Source of the DNA: Octopus bimaculoides
Taxonomy: Eukaryota
Direction of reading: 5' to 3'
Assembly (NCBI RefSeq): GCF_001194135.2
Contig: NC_068995.1
Coordinates: 2,887,297 to 2,951,296, forward strand
Length of the DNA stretch: 64,000 bases
Positions 27,276-40,413 of this stretch are shown piece by piece (position 1 is the first letter of the stretch; the number at the start of each line of letters is the position of its first letter). Position numbers and translations under genes: made by a program. Under the pieces are notes generated by a model. It saw only the letters and a program-made list of their open reading frames with translations. It was not told the origin of the DNA and ran no database searches.

Positions 27276-28203
27276 GTAAGCACTTCAAATAAGCATTTTT
27301 CCTTCTATATTTCTATGTATATAATAATAATTCTTTCTAATTTCGGCTCAAGGCCAGCAATTTTGAGGGAAAGAGAAAGTCAGTTATATCGATCCCAGCG
27401 TTAAGCTGGTACTTCATTTTATCGACCCGAAAGGCAAACGTTGATTTCGGCAGGATTTGAACTCAGAGCGTAGAGAGCCAGAAGAAATGCTGCTAAGTTC
27501 TTGTGTCGGATGCGCTAACAGTTCTGTCAGCTCACTGTCTTACTAATATTTTTTAATAGCAATTAAACATTTTGATGGAATAAATTAAATGCGTGGAAAT
27601 TGAACCGCTATGTTAAATTAAGGCACTGTGGCTCTCCGTTTTCATACACAAAATGCTCTAAGAATGTCCTTTCTGAATGAAATACAGTTCTTCCGTAGCT
27701 CCTTAACTCTTTCTCTTTCTTTATTCTTATTAATTCACCCACAGTATCAGTAGCGTAGCTTGGGGTAGAGCGAGCCGCCCCTGGGAAGAAACAATTTTTG
27801 GGTCTACTGTATAAACGCCTATATAGGCTCGTGAACCCGGGAGTAGGGGCTGGGTTCTTAAACTATAGGGCTTCCCCGGCGGCACATGCCACATCATTGC
27901 ATAGTATACGTCAACAAATATTAACAGTACTTCTAAATTCTTGACATAAACATGATCAATGGACGCATGTATCCATTCTTCATCATCATCATCACCATCA
28001 TTTAACGTCTGCTTTCCATGCTGGCATGGGTTGGACGGTTTGACAGGAGCTTGCAAGCCAGTGGATCGTGCTAGGTTTTACTATCTGCTTTGGCATGGCT
28101 TCTATGGCTGGGCGCCTTTCCTGATGCCAATCCCTTTACAGAATGTACTGGGTGCTTTTTACGTGACACTAGAATCAGCAGTAGCAAGGTCACCAGGTAA
28201 CTT

Positions 28204-28249
<46 letters not shown>

Positions 28250-28689
28250 AAAAGAAAAAACCTCAACTGAACAAGGGAGTAATATTGAGAGTACAAATGT
28301 CATGTTTTCAAAAGTTCTGAATTAAAATCTTCCACCAAACCTTAGTCTAATTGAAAGAAACACAGAGCATCTCAACAGAAATATGGTAACAGAAGGGTTA
28401 AAGATTTTCAACAGAAATGACAACATCACACTTCTAAAACAAAATATAGACTTGTAAACCTTCAATATTCTTGGTAGTTCGTCTGTCTTTATGTTCTGAG
28501 TTCAAATTCTGCCAAAGTTGACTTTGTCTTTCATCCTTTCGGGGGGAGGGGGTCGATAAATTAAGTACCACAAAACATCATAAAGAAGAATGAATAATTA
28601 TACATCTTCAAAAGTTATTTATTACAGCATTATCCCCATTTTGAGAATAATGCTGTCAAACCCATATTGGTATCAAAATCTATACCAGC

Positions 28690-28830
28690 CCCTGTTCCAA
28701 AGGTCCCAGCTATTCCGTCTAGATTCAAGGGCCCACAACTATTTAACACCTTGCTAAAACATCTGAGGGTTCTCTATGGACTAGGGGTAGATGTTTTCAA
28801 GAAACAACTTGAGCTCTTGCTATCCAAGCT
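28690..28830 (+). mobile_element. CR1/L2-type LINE RT C-terminal fragment
   Basis: GPQLFNTLLKHLRVLYGLGVDVFKKQLELLLS matches the C-terminal motif of CR1/L2-group ORF2. Confidence 0.7.
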
Positions 28831-29539
28831 TTGGATATTAACCTATATCAAGGCAGGAAACTCAAAAGAGGGCAGCAGTGTTGAACTCCCTCCTTCAGCA
28901 AATGCCAATCACATATAATTGACCATTGAAAGGGTGATTACACTGGCAGTGCTGCAGCATGGCCGCAACCACAGGGCTGAAATGTATAAAAGAATTCAAA
29001 GAATTTACTTCCAATCCAATACGCGTTTCTGCTGGATAAATGCCTTAATGTCTTTTGACGCAGTATTTAGGTGCATTTAGTTGGTTCAGCCGCAGTAAAT
29101 ATCCGTCCAAGGTAAACATTCCCATGTAGCTTTGTCCATGTTCAAAGAACATGGGTACAAACTGTTAACCTCCAATTTTATTTCTCTTTGACTTCCAAAA
29201 AAATTCTTTTTAATATTTGATAAGATGGATGCCATCGAAACCGGTTATATTTTAAATCACTCACTCTAACAAAAATATTAAACATTCTGTAAAATATATT
29301 TTTGTGCCTTTTCAAATTTTAGTTACTTTTTTAACCATAATTTTTGATTCGTATGTACTCTTAACTCCTTTTCAACTATATATATATATATATATAAATA
29401 TATATATATTGGGGGAGAGGGATTATCACCTAGATATCCAATTAAGTTATACAAGAAGGAATCATTCCTAATAACTGACATTGCAGTATCCTCATAAACA
29501 GCTATCAGGGCAAAGGAGATGTCTTAGAGTGAAGTAGCT

Positions 29540-29690
29540 ATTTAGGAATCAGATTATTGGATCCGATTATGAAGGTCATGGAGAAAGTTATGGCTCAATT
29601 GATTTGTGATAAGATTGACCAAGATGAGATATTGTATGGCTTCATATCCAGGAAAATACCACAGATGCAGTCTTCCTTATGAGGAGGCAA
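29540..29690 (+). mobile_element. Degenerate RTE RT fragment
   Basis: YLGIRLLDPIMKVMEKVMAQLI...YGF..(frameshift)TTDAVFLMR. Confidence 0.75.
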
Positions 29691-30422
29691 CAGGAGGTGA
29701 AATGTTTGGCTCAGAGTTGAGGGCCCGCTTTACGAGACCCTGGGTTTACGAGTTTTATTTTATTATAAATTTTTCAAACACAAGATCCAAATTTTGAACC
29801 AAGTGCAAAAAAAGTTTCTACCACCATAACAAATGCTTCTGCATGTTACTGAGAAATTTATTGAGAGCGAATAAAAGCTTCTTCTAATCAAACAACTCTA
29901 CACTTGTGTGTAAGTACAGGCAGAGGCATTTGGTTAACAAAATGGTTTCCTAACTCTAATCATGTAGTCTTGTGTGGCACCATGTGTTTTGTATAGCCCT
30001 GGGCCAACCAAAGCCTTGCAAATGGAAACTGAAAGAAACCCATTGTGTGTGTGTGTAGTAATGTAAGTGTTAAAAAGTATATTATTAAACTATGCTTTAC
30101 ATAGTGAAAACATTCTGATACGGAACTCAATGCAGTGATAGTTGTGTGCGGCCCAACCTGGAGCAAAACTCAGAGTAGATTATCAAATTCTGATATAATA
30201 AATACAGAGACACACACACACAACATTTGTGTATAATTATGGGTATGTGCGAGTATGTGCATATATGAGTGCAGTGGTGGGACCCTGCGCCATTAGAACT
30301 TGCAGGTGGGACCCTTTAGTCTCCTGGCAACCAATATTTTTAGACCCAGTCCGCCACTGTATGAGTGTATGTATATGTCTCTTCCTCTCTCTCTGTATAT
30401 ATATATATATATATATACCGGA

Positions 30423-30545
30423 GTAAGCACATGAAATGTGCAACAAGGTGGAAAAAAGAGTACTCAAATATCTTGTTCCAGGATAAGAAGGCGCTTAACC
30501 AAAGACGCGAACTTTTAAACACATGTAGGCATGCGTCCAAATTTA
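30423..30545 (+). mobile_element. Penelope-like element, GIY-YIG endonuclease C-terminal fragment
   Basis: LNQRRELLNTCRHASKF resembles the PLE LN.R.E....CRH..K motif. Confidence 0.65.
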
Positions 30546-31116
30546 AAATGTCTACATGTAATATTCCATATGGGTAAAATTTTGGACTATGATCGACTCC
30601 TTATAACCATTGTGCAATCTGACTATATATANNNNNNNNNNNNNNNNNNNNNNNNNNNNNNNNNNNNNNNNNNNNNNNNNNNNNNNNNNNNNNNNNNNNN
30701 NNNNNNNNNNNNNNNNNNNNNNNNNNNNNNNNNNNNNNNNNNNNNNNNNNNNNNNNNNNNNNNNNNNNNNNNNNNNTATATATAGGTTACTTGGAAAAGG
30801 ACGCGTGGCGTTCGGAGTACATAAAACAGGGGACAACTGATGAAGGGAATGTTCTTTATGCTGCATGTCTGTTTCTCTGTTTGTTTGTTGTTTTTGTTGT
30901 TTGAAAAAAAGTTCGTTTTCTATGCTTTTGTTTTTTATGTTCTCGTTTCTCATTCTGTCCACGTTTTTTTGATGTCCTGTACCCATATATGCATGTATGT
31001 ATACATATATATGTAGGTATGTACATATATGTATGTATATATTTATATATTATTTATATTATTATTATTATAATATACAGACGATACAAAGAAAACAAGG
31101 ATGTATCATGTGAATA

Positions 31117-31171
<55 letters not shown>

Positions 31172-31193
31172 TACTTGAAGATCATGGTGGTGG

Positions 31194-32046
31194 TGTCACT
31201 GATTTTTCCCAGTCGCATTTTCCCAGCCAACATTTCCTAGTCACATTTTCGTAGCCGACATTTCTCGATAGCAGTTTTCTCCCAGCAAGACTACTTTAGA
31301 CAATATTTTCCGTTTTTATTTGCAATAATTCTATGAAAATTATAATTAACACAAGTAATCAGTAAGGAAGAAGATTACATGACGGAAAATGTTTTTATTT
31401 TGTTATGTTTAATTAAGGCTGTAAATAAATTATTTTAACTGTAAAAAGGTTATCAAACAGTTAACATTACAATTTCTCTTTATAAATACGTCATAAGATT
31501 TAAGATTAATAGCGATAAAAATTATCAAGTTATAAAGTTTGATTCATTTAGTATTTGCTTCCAGGAATATTCGAGAAATATTCGTTTGCTATAATTGAGT
31601 ATTAACAAATTTTATGCTGGAATATGGATAACAACGTTTCATACATCGCAAGTATCAGAGGCAAGGAAAAAGCTTGCAACAATGGCTATGTTTATGGGTT
31701 TGACAAGAAAAGCAAGAAAGACGACCAGCTCTTCTTTTACCTCTGCGAGAGACAAAGATACGAGCAATGTCCATCGAGAATCCATGTAAAACATGACACG
31801 GTGGTGAAACGCATGCATCAACATAACCATGCTCCAAATCGATCAAGGAAAAAAACCTTGAAAATAGCTTCTGAGATCAAAGATCATGCGGCCACTTCCG
31901 CGGAACCGTTCATAAATACCATCATAGCAGACAGGACAACTCATATACCAGCCTCTGTTGCAGCAGCAGTAATTATACCAAATGTAGGTACTCTGTTTAC
32001 TTTGCCTGTTCATTCACACAGATACAAAATACTATATATATGTAAA

Positions 32047-32081
<35 letters not shown>

Positions 32082-32215
32082 ATGTAATGTCTTTTTGTTG
32101 ATATAGACACACGTACGCAGATGTGTTTATATACATACATGTACCTGTGCGGCTGTAATGGTCTGTCTTGGCTGGGATATCGATCGCTGGGAAAAGCGGC
32201 TGGGAAATGCGTTAC

Positions 32216-32216
<1 letters not shown>
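31194..32216. mobile_element. TIR-bounded MULE-like shell enclosing exon F3
   Basis: Left end TGTCACTGATTTTTCCCAGTCGCATTTTCCCAGCC; reverse complement of right end TGTAACGCATTTCCCAGCCGCTTTTCCCAGCG. No TSD recognised. Confidence 0.6.
31624..31983 (+). CDS. Variable exon F3: FLYWCH zinc finger (MULE-derived), 120 codons, ends in a phase-0 donor
   Basis: MDNNVSYIASIRGKEK..NGYVYGFDKK...FYLCERQRYEQCPSRIH...HNH. In-frame TAA at 31603 upstream of the ATG. Donor AAT|GTAGGT at 31983/31984; 360 nt. Confidence 0.85.
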
Positions 32217-32249
<33 letters not shown>

Positions 32250-32692
32250 CATTTTATATTGTCGAGAGATATTCTTGCTTTTGGCACAACCGGTCTATTT
32301 TTCTTTTAGAGTGTATCCTTGTTTTTCCTGACTTATAGACTAACTGATCACACACACACACAAAGATGTGTGTAATTTCATTTATGTACCTGGAAATTCT
32401 ACGAACAAATTCTGCTCATCGTATCAATGTTAATATGTATGTATGTATGTATGTATGTATGCGTGCGTGCGAGTGTGCATGTCTATACGAGTTCCTGTTT
32501 ATGTGTTCTTGTCTGTGAGTGCTTGTATCGATGTTACTGTGTATATATATTTAAGCGTCCAACCCATGCTAGCATGGAAAATGAACGTTAAACGATGAGG
32601 ATGATAAATGATTATATATATATATATATATATATAGACCTTTTGCGATGAAATCTCTTGCTATATTGGTAACGATTACATGTTTTTCTATG

Positions 32693-32735
<43 letters not shown>

Positions 32736-32760
32736 TTATTAATATTTCTANNNNNNNNNN

Positions 32761-32800
<40 letters not shown>

Positions 32801-33383
32801 TTATTAATATTTCTAAGTCTCTCTAAAGGGGATATTTAATAACTTTATTAATAGTGACTTCGAATGCCACATACAAGTGTGTGTATGTTTTTATATGACT
32901 AACATTTTGAGGTTACTTACAATACCAAAAAGCTTCCACAACCATGGTTCCAGGTTCATTTCTACTGCATGGCACCTTCATCAAGTGCCTTCCACTATGA
33001 TCCGAGGCAAACTAAATATTTGTGATTAGATTCGTGTGGGTCAGTCACAATTTGATGGGGCAGATTTTTTTTATGGCCAGATGCTCTTCCTTCTATCACT
33101 TCTCATCTGATTCAAAGCAGGTAATATTTCTTTTCTAGTTCAGACATGGTTGTAAATGGAAAATTGCAAACAAATGATACTGTTTGTATAATGGGATTGA
33201 ACCTGCAATCACTCGGTTGTGAAATGAAACACTTAACCATACAGCCATGACAGCACCTCTCTGTCTGTCTGTCTCTCTCTCTTACATACATACACACACG
33301 TTCTTTCTCTTTTCCTCCCTCATCTCTGTGTGTGTGTGTATGTTTCTGGAATCTGAGGAAATATTTCTTTCATATTTTTGCAG

Positions 33384-33482
33384 AATGCTAGCTACAGTAC
33401 CAGAAAGAAATTGAGCAAATCTCCAAGAGAAGAACCCATTTCTGATATGGATCCTTTCAGTTCTGAAGTTAGTAAAGTAAAG
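33384..33482 (+). CDS. Symmetric (0/0) micro-exon m1, NASYSTRKKLSKSPREEPISDMDPFSSEVSKVK
   Basis: Acceptor ttttcatatttttgcag|AAT, donor AAG|GTAAGC, 99 nt, open in phase 0; resembles m2. Confidence 0.7.
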
Positions 33483-33639
33483 GTAAGCAGTGTGTGTGTG
33501 TGTGTAGGGGTGCAATCGGTTGTTGTTGTGATACAGTGAGTTAAGAGAAATTTGGCTGCTCTTTTTAGCATACTGAATAACTATGTAGGGGTCTCCCTAT
33601 TGTCTTGTGTTATGACTGGTTGATAACAAGTTGGGGTAG

Positions 33640-34010
33640 TTGACAGAAGATTGAGAAAGATGATTGAAGACTGAGGTAGGTGACATTGTAGTAGATGACA
33701 TATTGTGGTTGATGATTATATTGTGTTAGATGCCTGGAGATTGAGGCTGGTGACAGAAGATTGAAGTAGATGATAGAGAATTGGGATAAATAACTGAAGA
33801 TTGAGGTAGATGACTGAAGATTGACTTAGTTGACAAAAGATTAAAGTAGAAGACTGAAGAATGAGATAGTTAACAGAAGATTGAGCTAGATGACAGAAGA
33901 TTGAGGTAGATGACTGAAGATTGTGGTAGATAGCAGAAAATTGTGGTAGATGACAGAAAATCGAGGTAGGTGACTGACAATTGTTGTAGATGACTGAAGA
34001 TTGAGATTGA
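33640..34010. repeat. About 20-bp minisatellite (TTGAGGTAGATGACTGAAGA)n between m1 and m2
   Basis: Many degenerate tandem copies visible. Confidence 0.85.
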
Positions 34011-34056
34011 TAAAAAAAAATGTGAGGAAACTGAAAATATTTCCGATATATTTCAG

Positions 34057-34173
34057 CAATATAGTCGTTTCAACAGAAGAAAGAAAGTGAACAAATGTCC
34101 AAGAGTGGAAAATATCAAAATGTTGTCCAGCCCTGTCACGGCTCCCTTCATTCATGAAGTCACTGAATTCAAG
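34057..34173 (+). CDS. Symmetric (0/0) micro-exon m2, QYSRFNRRKKVNKCPRVENIKMLSSPVTAPFIHEVTEFK
   Basis: Acceptor gatatatttcag|CAA, donor AAG|GTAAGC, 117 nt, open in phase 0; resembles m1 (RKK.K.PR.E.I...PF..EV...K). Confidence 0.7.
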
Positions 34174-37100
34174 GTAAGCAAACAAATGTATAAGGTTAGG
34201 TTTTGTAGCTGTTTTTCTTTTTCACTCAGTTTACTTAGTAACCACCAGGCAGTAGGGCACCATCTCCTTGTCTTCACTTGTCATAATGTATGTATGTATG
34301 TATGGTACACTGTGTGTATGTATGGTATAGTATGTGTGTGTGTATATATGGTATAGTATGTATGTGTGTGCGTGCACACATGTATATATGTAAAATATAA
34401 CTGGTGTGTATATAATGAAGACACTAATTTACAACTATCACTCAATGTCAGGACATTCACACTGCATGGTACATTGGACAAATGACTTCTGTATCCATAT
34501 GAACTAATGGTTCTTAACCTGGATTGTAGTGTCCAGTTGTGGGCATTGTGGGATCACAAGATGGTGGCAAATGCCTAATGGGAACTGGATGTTTAGACAA
34601 ATTGTGAATGTTCTCAGAAACAAAATATTTAAACTCAGTGGAATCCTTTTATTTTAAATATATTAAAAAAATAAAACAAAAGTCTGTCAGGATTAGAATG
34701 TAAGTTGGACATTGTGTTATCAGTGAGTAGATACTTGACTGATGATGTGGCAAGGTGTGTAATATCACTGCCATTAGTCCTCACTTCAGTAATTTCTATA
34801 AATAAATTCAACATGGTGCCACTTGTCCTTGCAAATATCGAAAAAGAGGCTCCTGTTTGATGGTTTAATGAAACCTCTAAGTGCAAAATTAGCTACTGTT
34901 AGGTTAAAAAAAAAGAATTCACAAAATATGGCGAGGGTGATATTCATGAAAATGCCATTTGTTGAAAGGAGGTGATGAGGTACAGGAAAGAACGACTGGG
35001 AAAAGTATGATAGGCTTAAAATGATATCGAATATCCTTTTAGAAATGATTATTTTCTGAAAAACTGGTGGAAGTCTGTAGAGTGACTGAACAATTGTGTC
35101 CACTGATTAAATAAAACAATGGAGAGGTGGCAGTGCCGTTTTCAGGCATGGGAACATGGAACAGTTGCTTGGAGGCCACACCACTATAGGCACCCAGTTC
35201 TGATCTGTGTACGACAGTGGTTCTCAGCCATTTTTTGCCCATAGATCTCTTTGATTCCAATTTTACTCTACAAGATCCAAATAAACATTTGTTGTTTAAA
35301 ACAGTCCCATTATATTTTCATAATTAAATATCATTTGGAATTGTATGCAAAAAATTAAAATATTTTGTATATTGTAGAAGTAAAACCAGTTTATTGCACA
35401 TGAATTTTAACAGCAAAATCTTATGTACACCCCCAAAAAGGGCCATGTGGACAGCGTATATTGTATGCTGTCAATAAGTAAATAGTATGGGGCCTATAAT
35501 CCTAGTAAGACTGCTCTGGGTGGTGTTGAAATATAAACGATTATTTCCACCTTCCGGCTGAATGTGTCTCTCCGTAGTTATGTCCCTTTATTTTCTTGCC
35601 AACTTCGATATTCGCAGTAAAAAAAAATCAATAATACGAGATACCACCGAGGATATTATTTATTGTCTATAGCTTTTAGCACTAGGATAGCTTCAATTTA
35701 CAGTAATGAGTAATGTTATAAATGGAATCACACATAATTTGATCGACGACTAATTATAGCAATTCTTGCATATATGCAAATGTCGTTCGGTGAGGATGCA
35801 GTTTTCAGTTTTAGAAACCAATTTATCACCGATCTTTCACTTTGGGGCTCATAAGGGCTGGTTTCCTGGTGTCATTGGTGTATAGGTTCCCCATCTGAAC
35901 AGGACGCTGCTCTGTTGCAGGTGAGCTGCTAAATGCTGGAGGAAAGAGTGAGAGAAAGTTGTGGCAAAAGAGTCAGCAGAGGTTCACCATTACCTTCTGT
36001 CAGAGCCACATGGAACTTAAGGTGTTTTGCTCATAAACATACACATCGCCCGGTCTGAGATTTGAACCCATGATCCCTTGACTGCGAGTCCGCTTCTCTA
36101 ACCACTAGGCCATGTGCCTCCACTAGTTATATATGTAATGACTTCAAATTTTGGCACAAAGCCAGCAAGTTTGGAGAGGGGATAAGTCGATTACATCGAC
36201 CTCAGTATGCAACTGGTACTTATTTTATCAAACCTCAAAAGAATTAAAGGCAAAGTCAACCTCGGCAGAATTAGAACTCAAAATGTGAAGACGGACAAAA
36301 TGCTACCAAGCATTTTACTTGGCATTCTAATGATTCTTTTCTACTCTAGGCACAAGGCCCGAAATTTTCGAGGGAGCCCTAAACACTTAAAAGGGTGGCC
36401 TCATGTATATGAAATTCAAACTATAAAAACCATAAGATAAATTATTAAACACATTGATTAAATTTATTAGGCGAATATTAACAATATTCAGTCGCATTAA
36501 GTATGGTTACTCACATACATTATAAAGTACACGTAATTACATAACAGCACTGACGTACGAACACGCACGCACGCTTAATGCACGTTGTTTTTCAACTTCA
36601 TTCATCTTTTAAATGATTAATATTGAAATTAAAACAAAGATATTTTAATCCGAAGAAACTTCGTTGGGTTCTGTGAATGAATATCTCTGCTGAAATATCG
36701 AACACATTGGGACAAGAAACAACTTCACGAAATATATAAACATTTGAAAGTTTATAATAACTTCGACATACCCTCGTAAAAGAGTTTGATTTCCCCATAG
36801 CTTCCAGAAAAATGGATATTTGTAATGAAATTTTCTACAAATTCCTTCTAGATAATGTGGATTAAGATTATGTCGGAATTTAACGCAAAAAACAATTGAG
36901 GGCGCGCACACATCAGTACTGACAAACACCACCTACCTTAAAATGAAACTTGAAATTTTGAAAAAAATTATGTGATTTGTTTCTGTGTAATGTGTGCGCG
37001 CTCAGTATTATATTTTTTTTTACATTAAATTCCAATATAATCGTAATCTATACGACCAGAAAGTTACTTGTACAAAATTTCATTAAAAAATATGAAATTT

Positions 37101-37843
37101 TCTGAAAGTTATGAGGCAAAAAAGCCAGGGCGGCACAGTTGTGTTGGTATGCTGTAAATCGTTCGGTCAGCTACGTTTGTGAAAGTCCTTCTGTCGTCGT
37201 TCGCGATCCCTTCATTGACATGCTCGCTTTACTCCAAGTCGGTCTCCTAGTTTATAAGTTCTGTATTTAAATTTATATGGACGTGATTGAGAAATCCTCC
37301 TGAGATACAACAAAATGTATTTCAACGCACGGATCTTGCAAAACCAAATACAAAAACCTAAATATTTGAAAAATAAGGAAAAATAAAATAAAAATATGAC
37401 CTGATGGTTACGTGTGAAAATCTGGTAGGAATCGAAACCTTTACGTCGAGTACTTGCTTTTTTGGTATGTATTGTATTTTATAAGCTTACTACACTCACA
37501 ATAGAATATCGTCTTGGATAGAGAGACAAATGCAGAGATACGAGAGGAGGTATGTTGGTTCTTAAAACGATCGTTTGACAGTGACTTTACAATGACAGAG
37601 TGTAGCTGTCATTTTTACTGACTGATCGATTTGCCTTGTCACACAGCAGCCAGTCACAAATACACGTAATTAAGTTCACAGCCTTCCTCGTTTACAGCTA
37701 CAATATGTCATGACGATTTGCTGTCATCTCATTCGTTCATTGATTAAATTTTTAATAATAAACAACCTTTGTTTTCCCTTCTTTTGCCAACCAATTTACT
37801 TTGTAATCATTTGACACATGTGCGTCATTACGCGAGCTGTTAC

Positions 37844-37868
37844 TCACGTGATTCGGCTCCTCCAATCA
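37844..37868 (+). promoter_or_regulatory. E-box (TCACGTGA) plus CCAAT box about 50-70 bp upstream of the Y1 ATG
   Basis: TCACGTGA at 37844-37851 and CCAATCA at 37862-37868 in unique, CpG-richer sequence. Confidence 0.45.
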
Positions 37869-37915
37869 GATGCAGGAGTTTGATATACGACAGTTTCTCG
37901 GAAATTTTGGTGATC

Positions 37916-39130
37916 ATGTCGGATGTAGCTGACTCAAAGCCATTATCGTCTTCACTCACGCAATCCTTTATGAATGACTTCAACGCTGATATTGTTAGCG
38001 GAACCAAAAGCGATAAAAATGTTCTGTTAGTTGCAGATGACCCTCCTCCTGCAATGAATTCTATAAACTTCATAAACCTAGACGAATGTAGCCAGCTGGC
38101 AGGTTCGAGGAACACTAAACGGGTCACCGCCAGTTCTGTTAAATTGTTTCGAGCCTTTTTAAAGGAGACCAATAATGGAAGGACTGATTTTGAAAATTTT
38201 GATGAAGAACTCCTTATCAGTCATTTGATAACTTTTTTTAAGCGGGTAAGAAAGCCAGATGGTGATCTGTATACGAAGAATGGTTTGCTGTCGATTCGTT
38301 TCGGACTAAGAAGGCGCTTGTTAGACTTACGTAAAGTCGATATTACTAAGCACCCTCGCCTTAATTCAGTTTTTACTGCTCAGATCAATAAATTGAAACG
38401 AGAAGGAAAAGGAGATATAAACCATTATCCTCCCATTAGTCAGGATGACATGTTCAAAATTTATAGTTCAGGGATTTTGTCACCCGACACGCCAAAAGGG
38501 TTGTTAAGGAAGATTTTCTTTGAGACTGAAATGTTTTTTTGTCGACGAAGTAGAGAAAACCTAAGGGATTTGAAAGGAAGTCACTTTAAAATTGAAACCG
38601 ACGATCAGGGCAAAATATATTTGACCACAGATTTTGATCCATCGTTTGGTGGTGGACCAATCAAACGGATTTATGAAACTGGCACAGACATATGTCCAGT
38701 GAAAGCCTTTCGGAAGTTTTTGCTGAAACGTCATTCTGGCTGTGAGGCGTTATTTCAACGTCCCGTGGATATAATTCCGTTTTCTGAACAGGATCCTTGG
38801 TTTTATTGTTCAGCTCTCGGCCTCAATAAACTCGCCAACATGATGAGAGAAATTTCTTCAGAAGCGTGCCTATCCAAGATATATACAAATCATTCCATAA
38901 GAGCTACCTCAAAATCGGTCTTTGATCTCGTCTGGAACGGACTCTTCTCGCAGAACTCACCGAATACAATAGCACCTGCCTCTAGTGATGTCAGCAATAT
39001 TAGTGACATAACTTCTGTTTCAATGGAGAAGCCAAAGCAACGATCATCATCATCTCAAGGAAATGAAACTGATATCGATTTGAAATCGAACTTAGACATA
39101 CAAGAAATTGAAAGGAAACACGTCCCTGTG
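37916..39130 (+). CDS. Variable exon Y1: Crypton-type tyrosine recombinase / DUF3504-like domain, 405 codons, ends in a phase-0 donor
   Basis: Uninterrupted ORF with Crypton-like motifs RKPDGDLY...IRFGLRR, FFCRRSRENLRDL, CPVKAFRKFL, LGLNKLANMMREIS and YTNHSIRATS. ATG 37916; donor GTG|GTGAGT at 39130/39131; 1215 nt. Confidence 0.88.
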
Positions 39131-40413
39131 GTGAGTTCTTCATTAATACTCATCTTTATAAAACAGACCTCCATCTCTACTTCTTCACCTGTTGGACCTT
39201 ATTTCTCTTCCACTGTCCTCCAGTCTTTTATGACTCTTGCTCGTCGTAAATTAAGTGATGTCACAAATTTAGTCGGGAGCTGCTTAACTGACATTGATAG
39301 ACCGATAACAAAAGCAGTCTTAAGACAGAGTCACTCAGATATAACTGGGTGTGACTTAAAGGAGATTAAGCTACTATTTCTAGCAGATTGAGCGACCACT
39401 ACACTCTTTGACTCGAGTATAGTGATGTATAGAGTGATGCGAAGTTGCGGCTATTATGCCTTTCCGTAATCCTTACTACAAACAATAACTATAACATGTA
39501 ATGTGCCCACACTCTGGCGTATACCAGCCAATGTTTCATTTGAGTAAGGTGAAGGGTTCCATATATGTTGCCGTTGTTTAGCCCAAGGTCAACTTCACTG
39601 AGGCAACCTGTAATCAGCGTCTTTCCGACTGTGACAATCTCGTCTTTTTACTTAAAACGAAATTCAGCCAGTGTATCGAGGGTAAACCCTACCATCTTAA
39701 GGGAGGGGGGAGGATCTATTTGTTTTCTTTAAAACAGTGAGGATATAATCTGAAGATGAGTTGACTATTATTTCTAGCAGGTCGAGTGTCTACGTAGAGG
39801 GTCGACCTGCAAGAAATTGGGTGTTTAGTGGTATAAAAAAAGTGTGGGTTGTATTGTGATAGGAGGGTGGGCGATATCGGTGTGCGAAGGCCCTATTTAT
39901 TGTTGTTGGGAGGAGTGGTGGTGTTCAGCTCCGCCAAGTCAACCCTGATCGAGCAGACTTTTTACCAAAGGCATTTCAAACGTGACCATCCCGTCTTTCT
40001 TAAATACAGGCAACCGAAGACGTCATCTAACGGAGCCAGTTTAAAGATGAAGGCGTGATTTGAGGGAGATTTAGTTGCTATTTCTAGCAGATCTAGCTAC
40101 AACGAATAGATGTCCTTTGGACCGAGTGTAGGGATGTATAGGAAAGAGGTATTACCTACACAAGTGTGCTCCCCACCGACTTTGTTTCCTCTTAACTTCC
40201 AGAAAAATGGATGTTGTTTAATGAAATTTTCTACAAATATGTTTCAGATGGTATAGTTTTTGATTCCATCGGAATTTGTTGTTAAAAAAGTTTTTCCGAT
40301 GGTAGGGAGATGAGTTTCGGAAAATACACAAGAGTTGGCTCTGTTTTCTCATAACTTTACGAAAAATGGATATTTTTTAATGAAATTTTCAATAAATGCT
40401 TTCCAGATGGTAT

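Noticed and set aside
32700-32815. Direct duplication flanking a 10-N gap
   Set aside because: Likely a scaffolding artefact at a (TA)n tract.
34452-34502. Possible terminal exon (DIHTAWYIGQMTSVSI*) that would make the FLYWCH units a separate gene
   Set aside because: Weak pyrimidine tract and no support. It remains the main alternative to the shared-BTB model and needs RNA data.
34635-35260. Several 70-105 aa ORFs on the minus strand
   Set aside because: No recognisable domain or convincing splice sites; interrupted by a CAGTGGTTCTC-type MITE.
37769-37915. N-terminal extension of the Y1 ORF from a TTG start, and the ORF-track tails of F1, F2, F3, Y1, Y2 and C1 beyond the donors
   Set aside because: The extension overlaps E-box/CCAAT promoter motifs; the tails run into AT-rich or repeat sequence after consensus GT donors and are treated as intron.
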